A stretch of 64,000 bases of DNA from Anthoceros angustus (taxonomy: Eukaryota > Plantae > Anthocerotophyta), in assembly GCA_010909165.1 (NCBI GenBank), contig MU008162.1, positions 2,108,001 through 2,172,000 of the forward strand. The letters are read 5' to 3'. Both the position numbers and the translations under genes were made by a program. Positions 10,365 to 21,733 of the stretch are shown here, piece by piece (the first letter of the stretch is position 1; each line of letters begins with the position of its first letter). Below the pieces are notes generated by a model. It was not told the DNA's origin. It saw only the letters and a list, made by a program, of their open reading frames with translations, and did no database searches.

Positions 10365-10530
10365 AGTCCACTAAGGACGGATTTCCATCATGAAACTTGG
10401 TATTTAACAACTTATACGATGGTGTGCCTAAGCTACTTGCACCAAAGGCATCCACTCCCTTTAAACACCCCATCTAAGTACCGATCCAAGCTTAGGATGC
10501 TTAATCACAACGTTCTTATAAATGTGTGTC
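10365..10530 (+). repeat. Dispersed repeat fragment (copy 1 of 2)
   Basis: GTCCAC…TTAACAACTT…CTACTTGCAC…GGCATCCACTCCC…TAAGTACCGAT…ATGCTTAAT…CGTTCTTATAAATGTGTGT is shared with 15847-16011. Confidence 0.75.
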
Positions 10531-10611
10531 CCTTTGGCATGGTTTATCCCCATGTCATTGTATTCAATCCACGTCGTATACATGTGTATACATAGGTAGT
10601 CGTTGAAACGT

Positions 10612-12587
10612 ATGAGAGTTAGGAGTCATCCTGGCAAGTTTGTTCAGTTGGGTGCCAGCCGAAAGGCCAGCCTGGTGCTAACCTTCGAAGCATGCACCGG
10701 GCTATCTCCTCCTACGTGCGGGGCTCTGTACGTCGAAGGCTATTCTGCACACTGGCACAAGGTATTGCGCAGTTTGATTTCTTGCTTGCTTCTGGCCAAT
10801 GTCACTTCTTACACCACTTGGTGCATGCTGGTTTCTGTAGCTACAGCAAACATGTCAAATCGTGATGCTGGATTACTGTTAGCTTGAAGCTTGCTGTGAT
10901 GATCGAATTGTAACAGCAGGACCAGATGGTGAAAGCACGAGAGATGGAGCCCCGATTTTTATCGGTCGCACGGACAAGGCAGGACGAGGATTGTTTGCCA
11001 CCCGGGATCTAGCTGCGTCGCATTTGATTCACTCTTTAGACCCTATTCTTGCTCATCCCAGTCTGGAAGCACTTAGGAAGGTCTGGTACTTGAGGAACTT
11101 TGCTGGTGGCCTGGAGAAGTAGTCTCTTTGTCGTTCCTTATGCGTCCTGGCCTTGATGTTCCTTGCTGGAAAATGGCAGGTTTGCTATTTTTGTTTGCGG
11201 CATGGGAGTGGTGAGAGGCCGTTGAAACCATTTTCAGAGTTGCTGGGATTGGTTGACAGGACGGTGAAGCATGTGGGAACACATGAAGGCCGATCCATGG
11301 ACGAGGTTGCTACCTTCTGCAGCCGAGAGTGTGCAATGGCTGCAAAGGTATCCCTTGCTTGTTGCCCAGGAGTTTGACATGGTAGAAATTGAGCTTCGTC
11401 CTAATAGTGCTCAAGCTGTGACAAATGTGCCAGGGCTTCTTTTCTGTCGAGAGGAGAGCTAACTGGTCGAACTTGTTAGAGCACTGCAGGTATTCAGTTG
11501 TGAGAATTCTGTGTAGGTCTAGGTGACTGCGATTCTTTTCTAAGTGGCTTGGCCTGTGGCAGTGAACATCAGTTGAAGTTCCCACTGATGGGAAGGCGAC
11601 TGGCTTGCATGGTTGTGTCGAAGGAGGTTTCTCCGGATGTGCTGAACATGTTGTGTTATGCTAGACTCCCGCATGGCATACCTCAGTCGGTAAGCAGCCT
11701 CACCCGCATACCTTCGTTATGTCATGCCTTAAGTTGCAATCGGTGTGTGTTTCTGTGCTGTTTAAGACTTCATGCTTTCAGTGCAGAGGCTTATTCTGTT
11801 TCGGCCGCTGTTTGGCCGCAGTGGCAGCATGAAAGTCAACTGCTGCGTGGAGCTTTATCTGCTGCAGGCTTTTCTGAAGCTGTCAGCTGTATCCCTTGAA
11901 TGCAGTTTGCATTGTGAAGAGTTTTACAGCTCGTGGGACGACGGAATACTGGAACTGCTTGTGCATCCTTAATGGGATGCAGTCTTGACAGATGAGTGGT
12001 ATGCTGGCATTGTCTCACGACTGCATCTGAACTGTTTCCGGGTGGAACCCCTACATGCCACTGACCTATCACTGGAAGAAGCCGCTGCAGCATCCATAAT
12101 GCGAGACGGTGGGGTTGGGTCTGCAGTTTACCTCTTGCCCTCACTCTATAATCACGACTGTGGTAGGCCTTATAACCTCGTACCAAGCTCTCTGTTTCAA
12201 CATTTTATAAAGCCTCTTCGTTTCTCTCCTATCCATTTTCACTTTGACCGTTAACTGCTGCTTCCACTTTGTGCAGAGCCCAATGTCAATGTCACGTGGA
12301 TAGACAACGCTACAGCACACTTCCAAACTGTATGTCCAGTCAAAGCAGGTATCCATGGTCTGTTGTTCAAGGATGTCAGAGACTCCTGCTTCTGCTCTGT
12401 AGTAGGAACCAGAGATGTTGCGATACCGTTGATCATGTTCAGAGACATTTCTGCCATCTCAGGCGAGGAACTACGCATCTGCTACATGGACGCAAGCTGG
12501 TCGCATGATGCGCGTCAACACTTTCTGTTCGAATCATACGGTTTTATCTGCGAGTGCTCCCGTTGTTTGCGGGGAGATGATTTATGA
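10612..12587 (+). CDS. ATXR4: SET-domain (SMYD-type) lysine methyltransferase, ATXR4/SDG38-like; multi-exon
   Basis: Exon peptides AGRGLFATRDL…HPSLEALRKV/CYFCLR, FCSREC, KFPLMGRRLACMVVS, LTDEWYAGIVSRLHLNCFRVE, GSAVYLLPSLYNHDC, PNVNVTWIDNATA and GEELRICYMDASWSHDARQHFLFESYGFICECSRC follow Arabidopsis ATXR4 in order. Introns are GT-AG. The start ATG at 10612 is tentative. Confidence 0.85.
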
Positions 12588-13135
12588 TTTCAAATAATTA
12601 CACATCCCATCAAGGATGACCCAGTTACTTCACAGTACAAACTGGAAGTTCTGTGCAACCTAGAGAGGTGCACTCTCGCCTCTCCCCCGATCGTTTCGCA
12701 TGGTTTGCTTCTCGCTTGGGCTGGCATTGCTGTATTTCTTATGCATTGTGGCTTGCAATGCTTAATCTGGCCGTAGCTTCGCTTCCCTTTATTTGGATAG
12801 CGTAGAATACATTATCACATGCCAAGCTTGAAACCTGTTTTCGCTTCCGTGAATGAGGTGGTGAGCACATCGACATGGTCGTAGACCAAGAACCATCAGA
12901 AGACGTGCTTACAACGGCATGCCTGCACCTCAAGGGCTTTCAGCAGGAAGTTGAAAAATATGGAAAGGTACATGATAGGTGAAAATATTCAAATTACAAA
13001 TCAAAAACACAATAATCCGATTCCAGCGTCACTCGCTCAGCAGCAGCGGAAGACGCGCTAGCGCATCTATTATACAAGGGAAACAGATAAAACTCCAGTC
13101 TGTGAACTCGACAAATGGAGAAGGAGCGAGCCCAC

Positions 13136-14249
13136 TTAAGCGCCGGGGGTGAAGTTGGTGGCGTAGGCCCAGGCGTTGTTGACGGTGGGGTCGGCCAAGT
13201 GATCAGACAGGTTCTCGATGGGGCCCTTGCCGGTGACAATGGCCTGGAAGTAGAAGCCGAACATTGAGAACATGGCGAGTCTGCCATTCTTGAGCTCCTT
13301 CACCTTCAACTCAGCGAAGGTGTCGGGGTCGTCAGCCAGACCCAAGGGGTCGAACGACCCGCCGGGGTACAGGGGGTCGGACACCTCGCCCAACGGTCCT
13401 CCGGCCACACGGTAGGCCTCCACGGCTCCCATGAGAATCACCTGGGAGGCCCAGATGGCCAGGATGCTCTGCGCGTGGATGAGGCTGGGGTTGCCGAGGT
13501 AGTCCAGGCCTCCCTCAGAGAAGATCTGCGAGCCGGCCTTGAACCACACCGACTCCCCGAAGCTCACGCCGTTCTTGGCCAGCAGCTCGGGTGTAACGCA
13601 CCCGAGAGTTCCAAGCATGGCCCAGCGGGCATGGATCACCTCCAGCTCCCGGTTCTTGGCGAAAGTCTCGGGGTCCGCGGACAGGCCCGCGCTGTCCCAG
13701 CCGTAGTCGCCGGGGAATTCTCCCTTCAGGTATGAGGGAGTGTCGGCGGAGAAGGGGCCGAGCCACTTGGGACGGTCAGGGCCGTACCTGAACGCAGCAA
13801 CATCATCAACAACCTGATATCAGCAAGGTGCGGTAAGCTTCTACACTTCCCTCCACATTTCAATCCAGCTTAGACACGGGGAAATTCGGAATGCATCCTC
13901 GTAATTCCGATCCCGAATACAACGAGGGATCTGCTGTGCATCCTCCAGACTACAATCCAGGTTAGAAAGAGGAGGATTTTGCTGTGCATTCTGAACTCGT
14001 CGAGATTTCAACCCGGCAGCTTAGGAACACGAGGGATTTGCTTTCCATTCCATTGCAGGCAATTTGCATCAAGAATTGCAGGGAGTGATGGAAAGAAGGA
14101 TACCAGATGCTGGATGGCGCGGATGCGGTCTTCCTCATCTGAAGCTTGGAGTCGCTGCTGCCCGCAGCGCTGAGGATCTCGCTGCGCTGGCGGAAGACGC
14201 TCTGCCCGGCCAGGGCAGCGCTGGAGGCGCATGCTGTGGCGGCCGCCAT
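13136..14249 (-). CDS. LHCB: Major LHCII chlorophyll a/b-binding protein (Lhcb1/2/LhcbM type); exons 14249-14104 and 13787-13136, 265 aa
   Basis: Transit peptide [17 protein letters not shown]…, then [11 protein letters not shown]|[13 protein letters not shown]…[13 protein letters not shown]…[19 protein letters not shown]…[12 protein letters not shown]. The 316-nt GT-AG intron splits the Trp codon and the frame closes correctly. Confidence 0.97.
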
Positions 14250-14377
14250 GGCTAGCGCTGCGGAGCTGGTCGGGCAGGGGAAGAGCGGGGTGTGCGAGGG
14301 AGATGGTGAGGGGCGGGAGCTGCGGACGATTCTGGCAAGGCAAATGCGACTGCTTTGTAGAGGCGCCGGGGCTTGGG

Positions 14378-14410
14378 GAGCAGCAGGGCAACATTGGACC
14401 CGGCCTATAG
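14378..14410 (-). promoter_or_regulatory. Conserved promoter block of the LHCB paralogues (CCAAT-containing)
   Basis: CTATAGGCCGGGTCCAAT(G/A)TTGCCCTGCTGCTCC lies upstream of both LHCB genes (other copy ~45381-45415). TATCCA/GATA-type light motifs lie just upstream in both. Confidence 0.65.
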
Positions 14411-14874
14411 GGGTCTCGCACCGGATGCCGTGGGATCGTGCTATCCCAATTGGATAACGCGTCAGCTGATGCCAGGAGTAAAATTTATCGCTTCCCCTTC
14501 TCCGTTTACACATAACACCTCGCTTCGACCACTCCCCACCACATCATAGGTATGTACATTCATCACCGTAATAAAATGAAAAAGTAGACTGCAACAACAG
14601 CCGAGTGTCGTCCTTTACCATTAACCAAATAGGTAGTGCTTTCTCACGGTTGAACTCGCAATGGGGAGTCCGCGAGCCAAATAAATAGGACGGATATTGT
14701 ACCTACATATATCTCTATTAAATTATTTATTTAAGATAATATTATATAATCACAGACTTGTCTTTGAACCAATACGATATGCTCATGAGACTTATACCTC
14801 GGTGCAAGCCTACTTGCAACTTTGATTACACATTTTGTGAAACCTGGCACCTTATAGTAGGAATATTCTATGTG

Positions 14875-15478
14875 GGTGATAAAGGTTATGCTTGATCATC
14901 ACAAGCAAGCAAGGATGCTACTGCCATATAAAAGTTATGAAGGCTATGCTTGACCATCAAAAGCAAGGATGTTATCTTCATGTAAAAGTTATGAAGGCTA
15001 GATTTGACCATCAAAAGCAAGGATGTTATCTTCATGTAAAAGTTATGAAGGCTAGATTTGACCATCAAAAGCAAGGATGTTATCTTTATGGAAAAGTGAT
15101 GAAAGTTAGGCTTGGACCATGAAAAGCAAGAAAATTATTATCATCATTTTAAAAGTTATGAAGGTCAGGCTTGACCATCAAAAGCAAGGATCTTATCATC
15201 ATGATTGTAATAATGAGGAAGGTTAGACTCGACCCTAAAAAACAAGGACGCTATCATCATGATTGTAGAAGGTACATAAAAATCAAGGATGCTATCATCA
15301 TAATTGTAAAAGGTATGATAGTTAGGCTAGATCATAGAAAGCAAGGATACTATCATCATAAATATAAAACTTAGGAAGGTTGGGCTCCACCATCAACAAC
15401 AAGGATGTTATCATCATGATTGTAAAAGTTAAGAAAAGTTAGGAAGGTTAGATTTGACCATCAAAAACAAGGATGTTA
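14875..15478. repeat. Minisatellite, ~54-57-bp unit, ~11 copies
   Basis: AAAGTTATGAAGGCTAGATTTGACCATCAAAAGCAAGGATGTTATCTTCATGTA repeated, decaying to the right. Confidence 0.95.
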
Positions 15479-15480
15479 CA

Positions 15481-15775
15481 CTAGAGTCTTAAGTGTGATA
15501 GAAGACTCCTAAGCTTAGCTTTTTCGTTTATGATAGGCAGATGTTTTTTAATGTCTCTTAGAAAGAGTGCTAGCTTTGAAGCATATAGGTAGAGAAGTAG
15601 TAAAAAATATTTTTAGTAAAATCTATCAATTAAAATTTTTTTTCTTATTTTTTGGGAATATTTAAATTTTAAAATAGTTTTTTACTTTTCAAATTAGAAA
15701 ATCTAATTGGGACACCTCTCTTATTGGGACCTCTAAAGCCACTCCCATATAGTCCCAACTAGAGAAGGCCGATTG
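15481..15775 (-). mobile_element. Old truncated copy of the pogo/mariner-type MITE (inverted)
   Basis: Reverse-complement similarity to ~26795-27100 (GGGACCTCTAAAG, CTAAGC…GAAGACTC, TGCTAGCTTT). Ends …GGCCGATTG|TA. Confidence 0.75.
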
Positions 15776-15846
15776 TATAAGTTAGACAGGGTACTATGAT
15801 CAAAGAAAGCAAGGATACTTGGAAAGCAAGGAATAGTGGTAGTATT

Positions 15847-16011
15847 GTCCACTTGGACGGGATTTGCCTATCATGGGACTGGGTACTTAACAACTTGTAC
15901 CATGATGTGTCTAAACTACTTGCACACGGGCATCCACTCCCATCAGGCACCCCATGTAAGTACCGATGGAAGCACAGAATGCTTAATAACGGCGTTCTTA
16001 TAAATGTGTGT
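15847..16011 (+). repeat. Dispersed repeat fragment (copy 2 of 2)
   Basis: Homologous to 10365-10530. Confidence 0.75.
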
Positions 16012-16802
16012 AGGCCAAAATGGACCACACGTGCCCTCACGGACAGGACTTGGGGAACGGGACGGCACGGTGAGGAAGACGCGCGTTGTTGGGCATGGGG
16101 CATGTTGCATGCATGTGGATGTCCAATTGAATGCCAAACCCACGGATGTTCCGTCTCCGTGACGACGTGGCCATACCGGCCGTACTCTTACTCTTCTAGT
16201 ATCGATGCGTGCAGGCGCTCGAGGAAGCCGCATTACGTATATCGAAGATTGTCGAACGCAGAAGCACGTTAACTACTGTATGCCGGGTCTTCACTCTTGA
16301 TACAACGGGTAATAACAGAACAGCAAACTTTTTTTTGTCGCGACGAAATCGAGGACTTCGTAAATATGTAGGTATCACGTTTACAAGCGAAGCCTCCCGC
16401 GAGCAGAAACCAGAGAAACCTAACACATGGAGATGAGGAGAGCAACTCCAGAAACAAACAGAGCACATGCCTCTGTGCCAGCCACAACAACAGACAGCAA
16501 TCTTGATGCACTATGAGGAATACCAAACCAGCCGCTTGGAAGCAAAATCCATGGAGCAATACGATGCTTCAGAAAAACCAGAGACAGTTGAGAACACTTA
16601 GAACATAAAAACCCTGACGTGAACCAGTCTGATAAACTTCCAAAGGACCGGCCACCATTGCCGGACTACGTGCAATGGACAATTAACTATACCGTTGACG
16701 GGTTGGGATCATTGCTGGGGCCCCGCCCCGGTGCTGAGATCATTGCCAGACTACTGCCGCTGACATCCTTTTTCGAATTACTTTGGGTCCCCTGGCGGGG
16801 GG

Positions 16803-17000
16803 TGGGGTGCGCCAGGCAATGGAAGTAGTGCAATACCAGAGCGACGCGCGTGGAGCCGAGGTAGCAAGCTACCTCATATGGCTCCACCCCCTGAAAGAAA
16901 TAAGATTAATATCATGTGGGCCGATGACCCACGTATCAGATATTAAACTGATAAGAACAGATACTACACTTGATCTTAGCCAAAAGGCCGAGAAAGGTAT
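16803..17000 (-). ncRNA. U2: U2 spliceosomal snRNA
   Basis: Minus strand reads ATACCTTTCTCGGCCTTTTGGCTAAGATCAAGTGTAGTATCTGTTCTTATCAGTTTAATATCTGATA… with the branch-point pairing GTAGTA, an Sm-site-like ATTTCTTTC and the loop IV ATTGCACTAC. Confidence 0.97.
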
Positions 17001-17061
17001 ACTTCATAGTCGTCTGCACCGACTACTTCTATCGTCCAGGAGGCGCCTTATGTTCCTCACT

Positions 17062-17072
17062 CAATATGGGTT
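17062..17072 (-). promoter_or_regulatory. Putative USE of the U2 promoter
   Basis: AACCCATATTG at -72..-62 resembles the plant USE RTCCCACATCG at Pol II-type spacing. Only a weak TATA (ATAGAAGTA) lies near -30. Confidence 0.5.
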
Positions 17073-17616
17073 ATATATCTATGAACTTGAAGCGAACCAA
17101 GGAGACCAACAAATTCTGCCATCTGTGAACTTTTCTCTCTTCTTCTTCTTCTTCTCCCACTTGAACCAGTCATGATTTGATCCCGTTCAAGAAGCTGTTT
17201 ACGAACACGGTTGTCAGCTCCTCGTCCTGGTGGTATCCCTTTGAACGCCGCTACAGAGTTTGTTCCAAAGTTTGGGACACTCTCTTGGTGGACAAAGCCT
17301 GGCCAGCATAAACTCAGATATGTTTCCCGGATGCGTATTCAGATCAAGAGAAACCACTCGTGATGACAGGCACGATGCTCTGAGCGTCCGATGACACATG
17401 TATTGCCTGACCAACAAGAAGGCCTCGGAGAAAGGCTTGAGTGGAAGCACAGTTGTGGTGTGACCTGCGTCGACCTTGCATCCGCCGACTGACCCAGCCT
17501 GCCATGGCTGTCTGGAGTGTATTAATCTGCCTCCTCGGAAGAGCTCCTGCTCACCTGACTTTAAGGAGCCCACCGAGTTGGAGGACCTTGGCAAGAAAGC
17601 CAGCTCCTCCAAGAGA

Positions 17617-20600
17617 ATGTCCGGCTGGAGACGAATCTTCCAGCGACGGTGGTGGGCACGGCCCCACGAGGGTGTCAGGCTGAACGACTTGTACGAGCCA
17701 ACAGGAGCGGATGTGCCGGTTGCTGCTGTTGGTAGGGAGATGGGTGAAACCGTGAGGAAGCTATGTCATGAGGGCCATGTCCACGAGGCTGTTGAGGCTT
17801 TGGGAGTTCTGGTGGAGGCAGAATTTTGTATATCCAAATCTCTCCTGTATGCTGTTCTGAAGAAATGTGTAGCCGAGAAGGATCTTGTTTTGGGTCGCCG
17901 CGTCCATGCCTTGATGGTCAAACAGGGGTATCAGTCGGACACGTTCCTGGGCACCCATATCCTGCGGATGTATTGTTCGCATGGCAGGTTGCAAGACGCG
18001 ATGGATGTGCTGGCACTGGTAGCAAAACCAGATGCCTTCATGTGGTGTGCCATAATTTCTGCGCATGTCAGACATGGGCAAGGCAAGGTCGCTATAGAGC
18101 TGTATCATCGGATGCGCAGTTCAAATGTGAAGGCAGATGGCCATGTGTTTGCGGCAGCCCTTCAGGCTTGTGCAAGGGGATCAGACTTCAAAACTGGGCA
18201 GCAGGTCCATGCTGATGTGTTGGCCAACGGTGTTGAGTCTGATTCGTTCGTTTGTAGTTGCTTGGTGGACATGTATGCAAAGTGTGGTAGCTTACAGCAT
18301 GCCCAGGTTCTGTTTGATGGACTTGAGCAAAAGAATGTGGTGACGTGGAATACCATGATAGCAGGATATTCTCAGCAGGGCAAGGGACAGGAAGCCCTTC
18401 GTCTCCATAAGGCTATGCAAGATGACGGCATGGTCACACCTGACTCTGTGACATTTGTGTGCCTTCTGCAGGCATGTGCAAGTGTGGGCTCCCCAGCTTT
18501 GGAGAAGGGGAAGGAGCTTCATGCACAAGTAAAAGAACAAGGACGTGAAACTGATTTATTTGTAGCAAACAGTTTGGTGAACATGTACGCAAAGTGTGGC
18601 AGCTTGCACGAGGCTCGTGGTGTTTTTGACGTACTTGGTCAAAAGGATGTGGTGACATGGAATGCCATGATAGCAGCATATTCTCGTCAGGGCATGGCCC
18701 TCGAAGCCCTTCATCTGTACACAGTGATGCAAGAGACTGGCATCAGCGTACCTAATTCTGTTACATTTGTGTGTCTGCTGCAAGCATGTGCAAGTCTCGG
18801 CTTGACAGGTTTGGGGAAGGGACAGCAGCTTCATGCACAAATCAGAGAACGAAGACTTGATTCTGATGGGTTGGTTGCCAACGGTTTGGTAGACATGTAT
18901 GCAAAGTGTGGCAGCTTGGAAGCCGCCCAGAGAGTGTTTGACGCACTTGGTCACAAAGATGTGGTGAAGTGGAATACCATGATAGCAGGATATTCCCACC
19001 AGGGAATGGGCCAGGAAGCCCTTCATCTCTACAGTGCTATGCAAGAAGAAGGCATGGTTGTACCCGATTCAGTGACATTTGTGTGTCTCCTTCAGGCATG
19101 TGCAAGCATGGGCCGCCCAGCTTTGGAGAAGGGGAAGCATCTTCATGCACAAATTGAAGAGCAAGGACATGAAACAGTTGTAGCTGTGGCCAATAGTTTG
19201 GTGAATATGTATGCAAAGTGTGGCAGCTTGGAAGATGCACACAGAGTGTTTGATGAACTAGTTCACAAGAATGTGGTGACGTGGAATGCCATGATAGCAG
19301 GCTATTCCCAGCAGGGCATGGGCCACGAAGCCCTTGTACTCTATAGGGCTATGCAGGATGAAGTCATCACGGCACCCGATTCTGTGACATTTGTATGTCT
19401 TCTGCAGGCGTGTGCAAGCGTGGGCCACTCAGCTTTGGAGAACGGGAAGGAGCTTCATGCGCAAATTAGAGAAGGTGGACATCAAACTGACGTGTCTGTA
19501 GCCAACAGTTTAGTGAACATGTATGCAAAGTGCGGCAGCGTGCAGGATGCTGAGAGAGTGTTTAATGGACTTAGTCAAAAGAATGTGGTGACCTGGAATG
19601 CCATGATAGCGGGGTGTTCCCAGCAGGGCAAGGGTCAGGAAGCCCTTCATCTCTACAGTATGATGCAAGAAGAGGGTCTGGCGCAACCCAATTCTGTGAC
19701 ATTTGTGTGCCTCCTGCAGTCTTGTGCAAGTGTGGGGACCCTAGCTTTGGAGAAGGGAAAGCAGCTTCATAAGGAAATCAGAGAACAAGGACATGAGGCT
19801 GATGTGTTTGTAGCCAACAGTTTGGTGAACATGTATGCGAAGTGTGGCAGCCTAGAAGATGCGCAGAGGGTGTTTGATGACCTTAGTCAAAAGGATGTGG
19901 TGACTTGGACTGCTCTAATTGCAGGGTATTCCCAACAGGAAAGGGGCCAGGAAGCCCTTGATCTGTACAGTGCTATGCAAGAACGCGGCACTGCTGCACC
20001 CAATTCTCTCACATTTGCGCACCTCCTGCAGGCATGTGCAACTGTGGGCACCCCAGCATTAGAGATGGGGAAGCAGCTTCATGTGCAGATTAGGGAACAG
20101 GGATACCAAGCTGAGATGTTTGTAGCCAACAGTTTGGTGAATATGTATGCAAAATGTGGGAGCTTAGACGATGCACAGAGTGTATTTGACGGACTTGGTG
20201 AAAAAGATGTTGTGACTTGGACTTCTCTAATCTCAGGGTATTCCCAGCAGGGCATGGGGCAGGAAGCCCTTCGCCTTTACAGTGCCATGCAAGAAATTGG
20301 CATCGCTGTACCAAACAGTGTGACATTTGTGTGCCTTCTCCATGCATGTGCGAATGTTGCAGCGTTGCATCTTGGAAGGCAACTACATGCACAGATTGAA
20401 GAACAAGGACTTCAAGCTGATTCATTTGTAGCCAGCAGCCTGATAAACATGTATGGAAAGTCTGGGAGCCTGGTCGATGCACAGGAGTTGTTTGATGTGT
20501 TTGCCGAAAGAGATGTTGTCGCTTGGAGTGCACTGATTGCGGGCTACGCCTGTCAAGGAGACAGTGAAGTGGTCTTCGACTTGGTCCAGAGAATGGAAGA

Positions 20601-21105
20601 GGATGGCATACAGCCTACTGACCTGACGTTTCTCAGTGTGCTAGCAGTATGTAGTCATGCAGGTCTGGTGAACAAGGGGAAAGAGCACTTTCAATCTATG
20701 AGCCACCACTATGGCATTGCTCCCAAAGTGGAGCACTACACATGCATGGTGGATCTCCTGGGCCGGGCTGGTCAACTGGAAGAGGCAATAGCTTTGGTGA
20801 GGACAATGCCGGTCCTGCCTACTGCTGCAGTATGGCACACTGTATTGGGTGCTTGTCGTAAGTGGAGCAACGTGGAGTTGGGACTCCATGCTTTCTACCA
20901 AGCAGTGAAGCTAGACAACAGAGATGCCGCAGCTTATGTGTTGATGTCAAACATATACACGAGTGCCCAGATGTGGGAGCAAGCACAGCAGATGCAGGCG
21001 AGGAGATTAACAATGCGGGCCTGGAAGCAAGCAGGTCAGAGCTGGTGGACAGACAGGGACGGACAGGTGCATAGTTTTCTGGTTGGGGATGAGAAGCATT
21101 TCTAG
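17617..21105 (+). CDS. PLS-class pentatricopeptide repeat protein (organellar RNA-editing factor) with E1-E2 and a WW-type PG box, no DYW catalytic domain; intronless
   Basis: L-S + 8 P-L-S triplets (…VVTWNAMIAGYSQQG…/SVTFVCLLQACAS…/…ANSLVNMYAKCGSL…) + P2-L2-S2 + E1/E2 + KQAGQSWWTDRDGQVHSFLVGDEKHF*. First ATG at 17617; the open frame begins at 17476. Confidence 0.95.
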   Translation: MSGWRRIFQRRWWARPHEGVRLNDLYEPTGADVPVAAVGREMGETVRKLCHEGHVHEAVEALGVLVEAEFCISKSLLYAVLKKCVAEKDLVLGRRVHALMVKQGYQSDTFLGTHILRMYCSHGRLQDAMDVLALVAKPDAFMWCAIISAHVRHGQGKVAIELYHRMRSSNVKADGHVFAAALQACARGSDFKTGQQVHADVLANGVESDSFVCSCLVDMYAKCGSLQHAQVLFDGLEQKNVVTWNTMIAGYSQQGKGQEALRLHKAMQDDGMVTPDSVTFVCLLQACASVGSPALEKGKELHAQVKEQGRETDLFVANSLVNMYAKCGSLHEARGVFDVLGQKDVVTWNAMIAAYSRQGMALEALHLYTVMQETGISVPNSVTFVCLLQACASLGLTGLGKGQQLHAQIRERRLDSDGLVANGLVDMYAKCGSLEAAQRVFDALGHKDVVKWNTMIAGYSHQGMGQEALHLYSAMQEEGMVVPDSVTFVCLLQACASMGRPALEKGKHLHAQIEEQGHETVVAVANSLVNMYAKCGSLEDAHRVFDELVHKNVVTWNAMIAGYSQQGMGHEALVLYRAMQDEVITAPDSVTFVCLLQACASVGHSALENGKELHAQIREGGHQTDVSVANSLVNMYAKCGSVQDAERVFNGLSQKNVVTWNAMIAGCSQQGKGQEALHLYSMMQEEGLAQPNSVTFVCLLQSCASVGTLALEKGKQLHKEIREQGHEADVFVANSLVNMYAKCGSLEDAQRVFDDLSQKDVVTWTALIAGYSQQERGQEALDLYSAMQERGTAAPNSLTFAHLLQACATVGTPALEMGKQLHVQIREQGYQAEMFVANSLVNMYAKCGSLDDAQSVFDGLGEKDVVTWTSLISGYSQQGMGQEALRLYSAMQEIGIAVPNSVTFVCLLHACANVAALHLGRQLHAQIEEQGLQADSFVASSLINMYGKSGSLVDAQELFDVFAERDVVAWSALIAGYACQGDSEVVFDLVQRMEEDGIQPTDLTFLSVLAVCSHAGLVNKGKEHFQSMSHHYGIAPKVEHYTCMVDLLGRAGQLEEAIALVRTMPVLPTAAVWHTVLGACRKWSNVELGLHAFYQAVKLDNRDAAAYVLMSNIYTSAQMWEQAQQMQARRLTMRAWKQAGQSWWTDRDGQVHSFLVGDEKHF

Positions 21106-21519
21106 CGTGAAAGGATGGATTGGTGCCACGTCTGGACTAGTCCGGAAGACAAGATGATCGGGTTACTTGGGTGGTGGGGCACAAGAGGCGTTTCGGGGGC
21201 CCGTTGGGCGCTATACACATGGAGCGGAGCTAGCCTGGTCCAGCCTTCCCACCAAAAGCCAAGTGGCGAATTTGCGCGCCGGGGGTTCTGCGAGACTCTC
21301 CGCGCGCTAGTTTACCCATGACCGTGAGGTGCTTCAGGACAAGTGAGTCTCAGGATGGTGTTGGGGATTGTTCTCATTCAGCGAAGTGTTCACGGCCGGA
21401 CAAGAGCAAGCGCTTAAAGGTATCAATCATCCATTCTACGCTACAAGCTTTGTGCTGAGAGAGCTGTGGACAGCCTAGCTAGTCAGCTTGTCCTTGAGTA
21501 AAGGGTAGCAGGCAGTTGG

Positions 21520-21733
21520 GCGTAGATAGCCAGATTCAAGTGTGTGTAGATAGCCAAATTCAAGTGTGTAGATAGCCAAACTCAAGTGTGTATTCTGTGA
21601 ACAAAGGGCAGTGCCTCGAAGTGGACTGCGAATTGTCAGTGACGACGGACTACTTGGAGCCTAGTGTGTCAGTGACGATGGGCTACTTGGAGCCTAGTGT
21701 GTCAGTGACGACGGGCTACTTGGAGCCTAGTGC
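21520..21733. repeat. Two short tandem repeats (~24 bp x3; 34 bp x3)
   Basis: GTAGATAGCCARATTCAAGTGT x3 and TGTCAGTGACGACGGGCTACTTGGAGCCTAGTG x3. Confidence 0.9.

Noticed and set aside
16783-17175. 130-aa ORF containing SDIKLIRTDTTLDLSQKAEKG
   Set aside because: It is the antisense translation of U2 snRNA, a well-known spurious protein.
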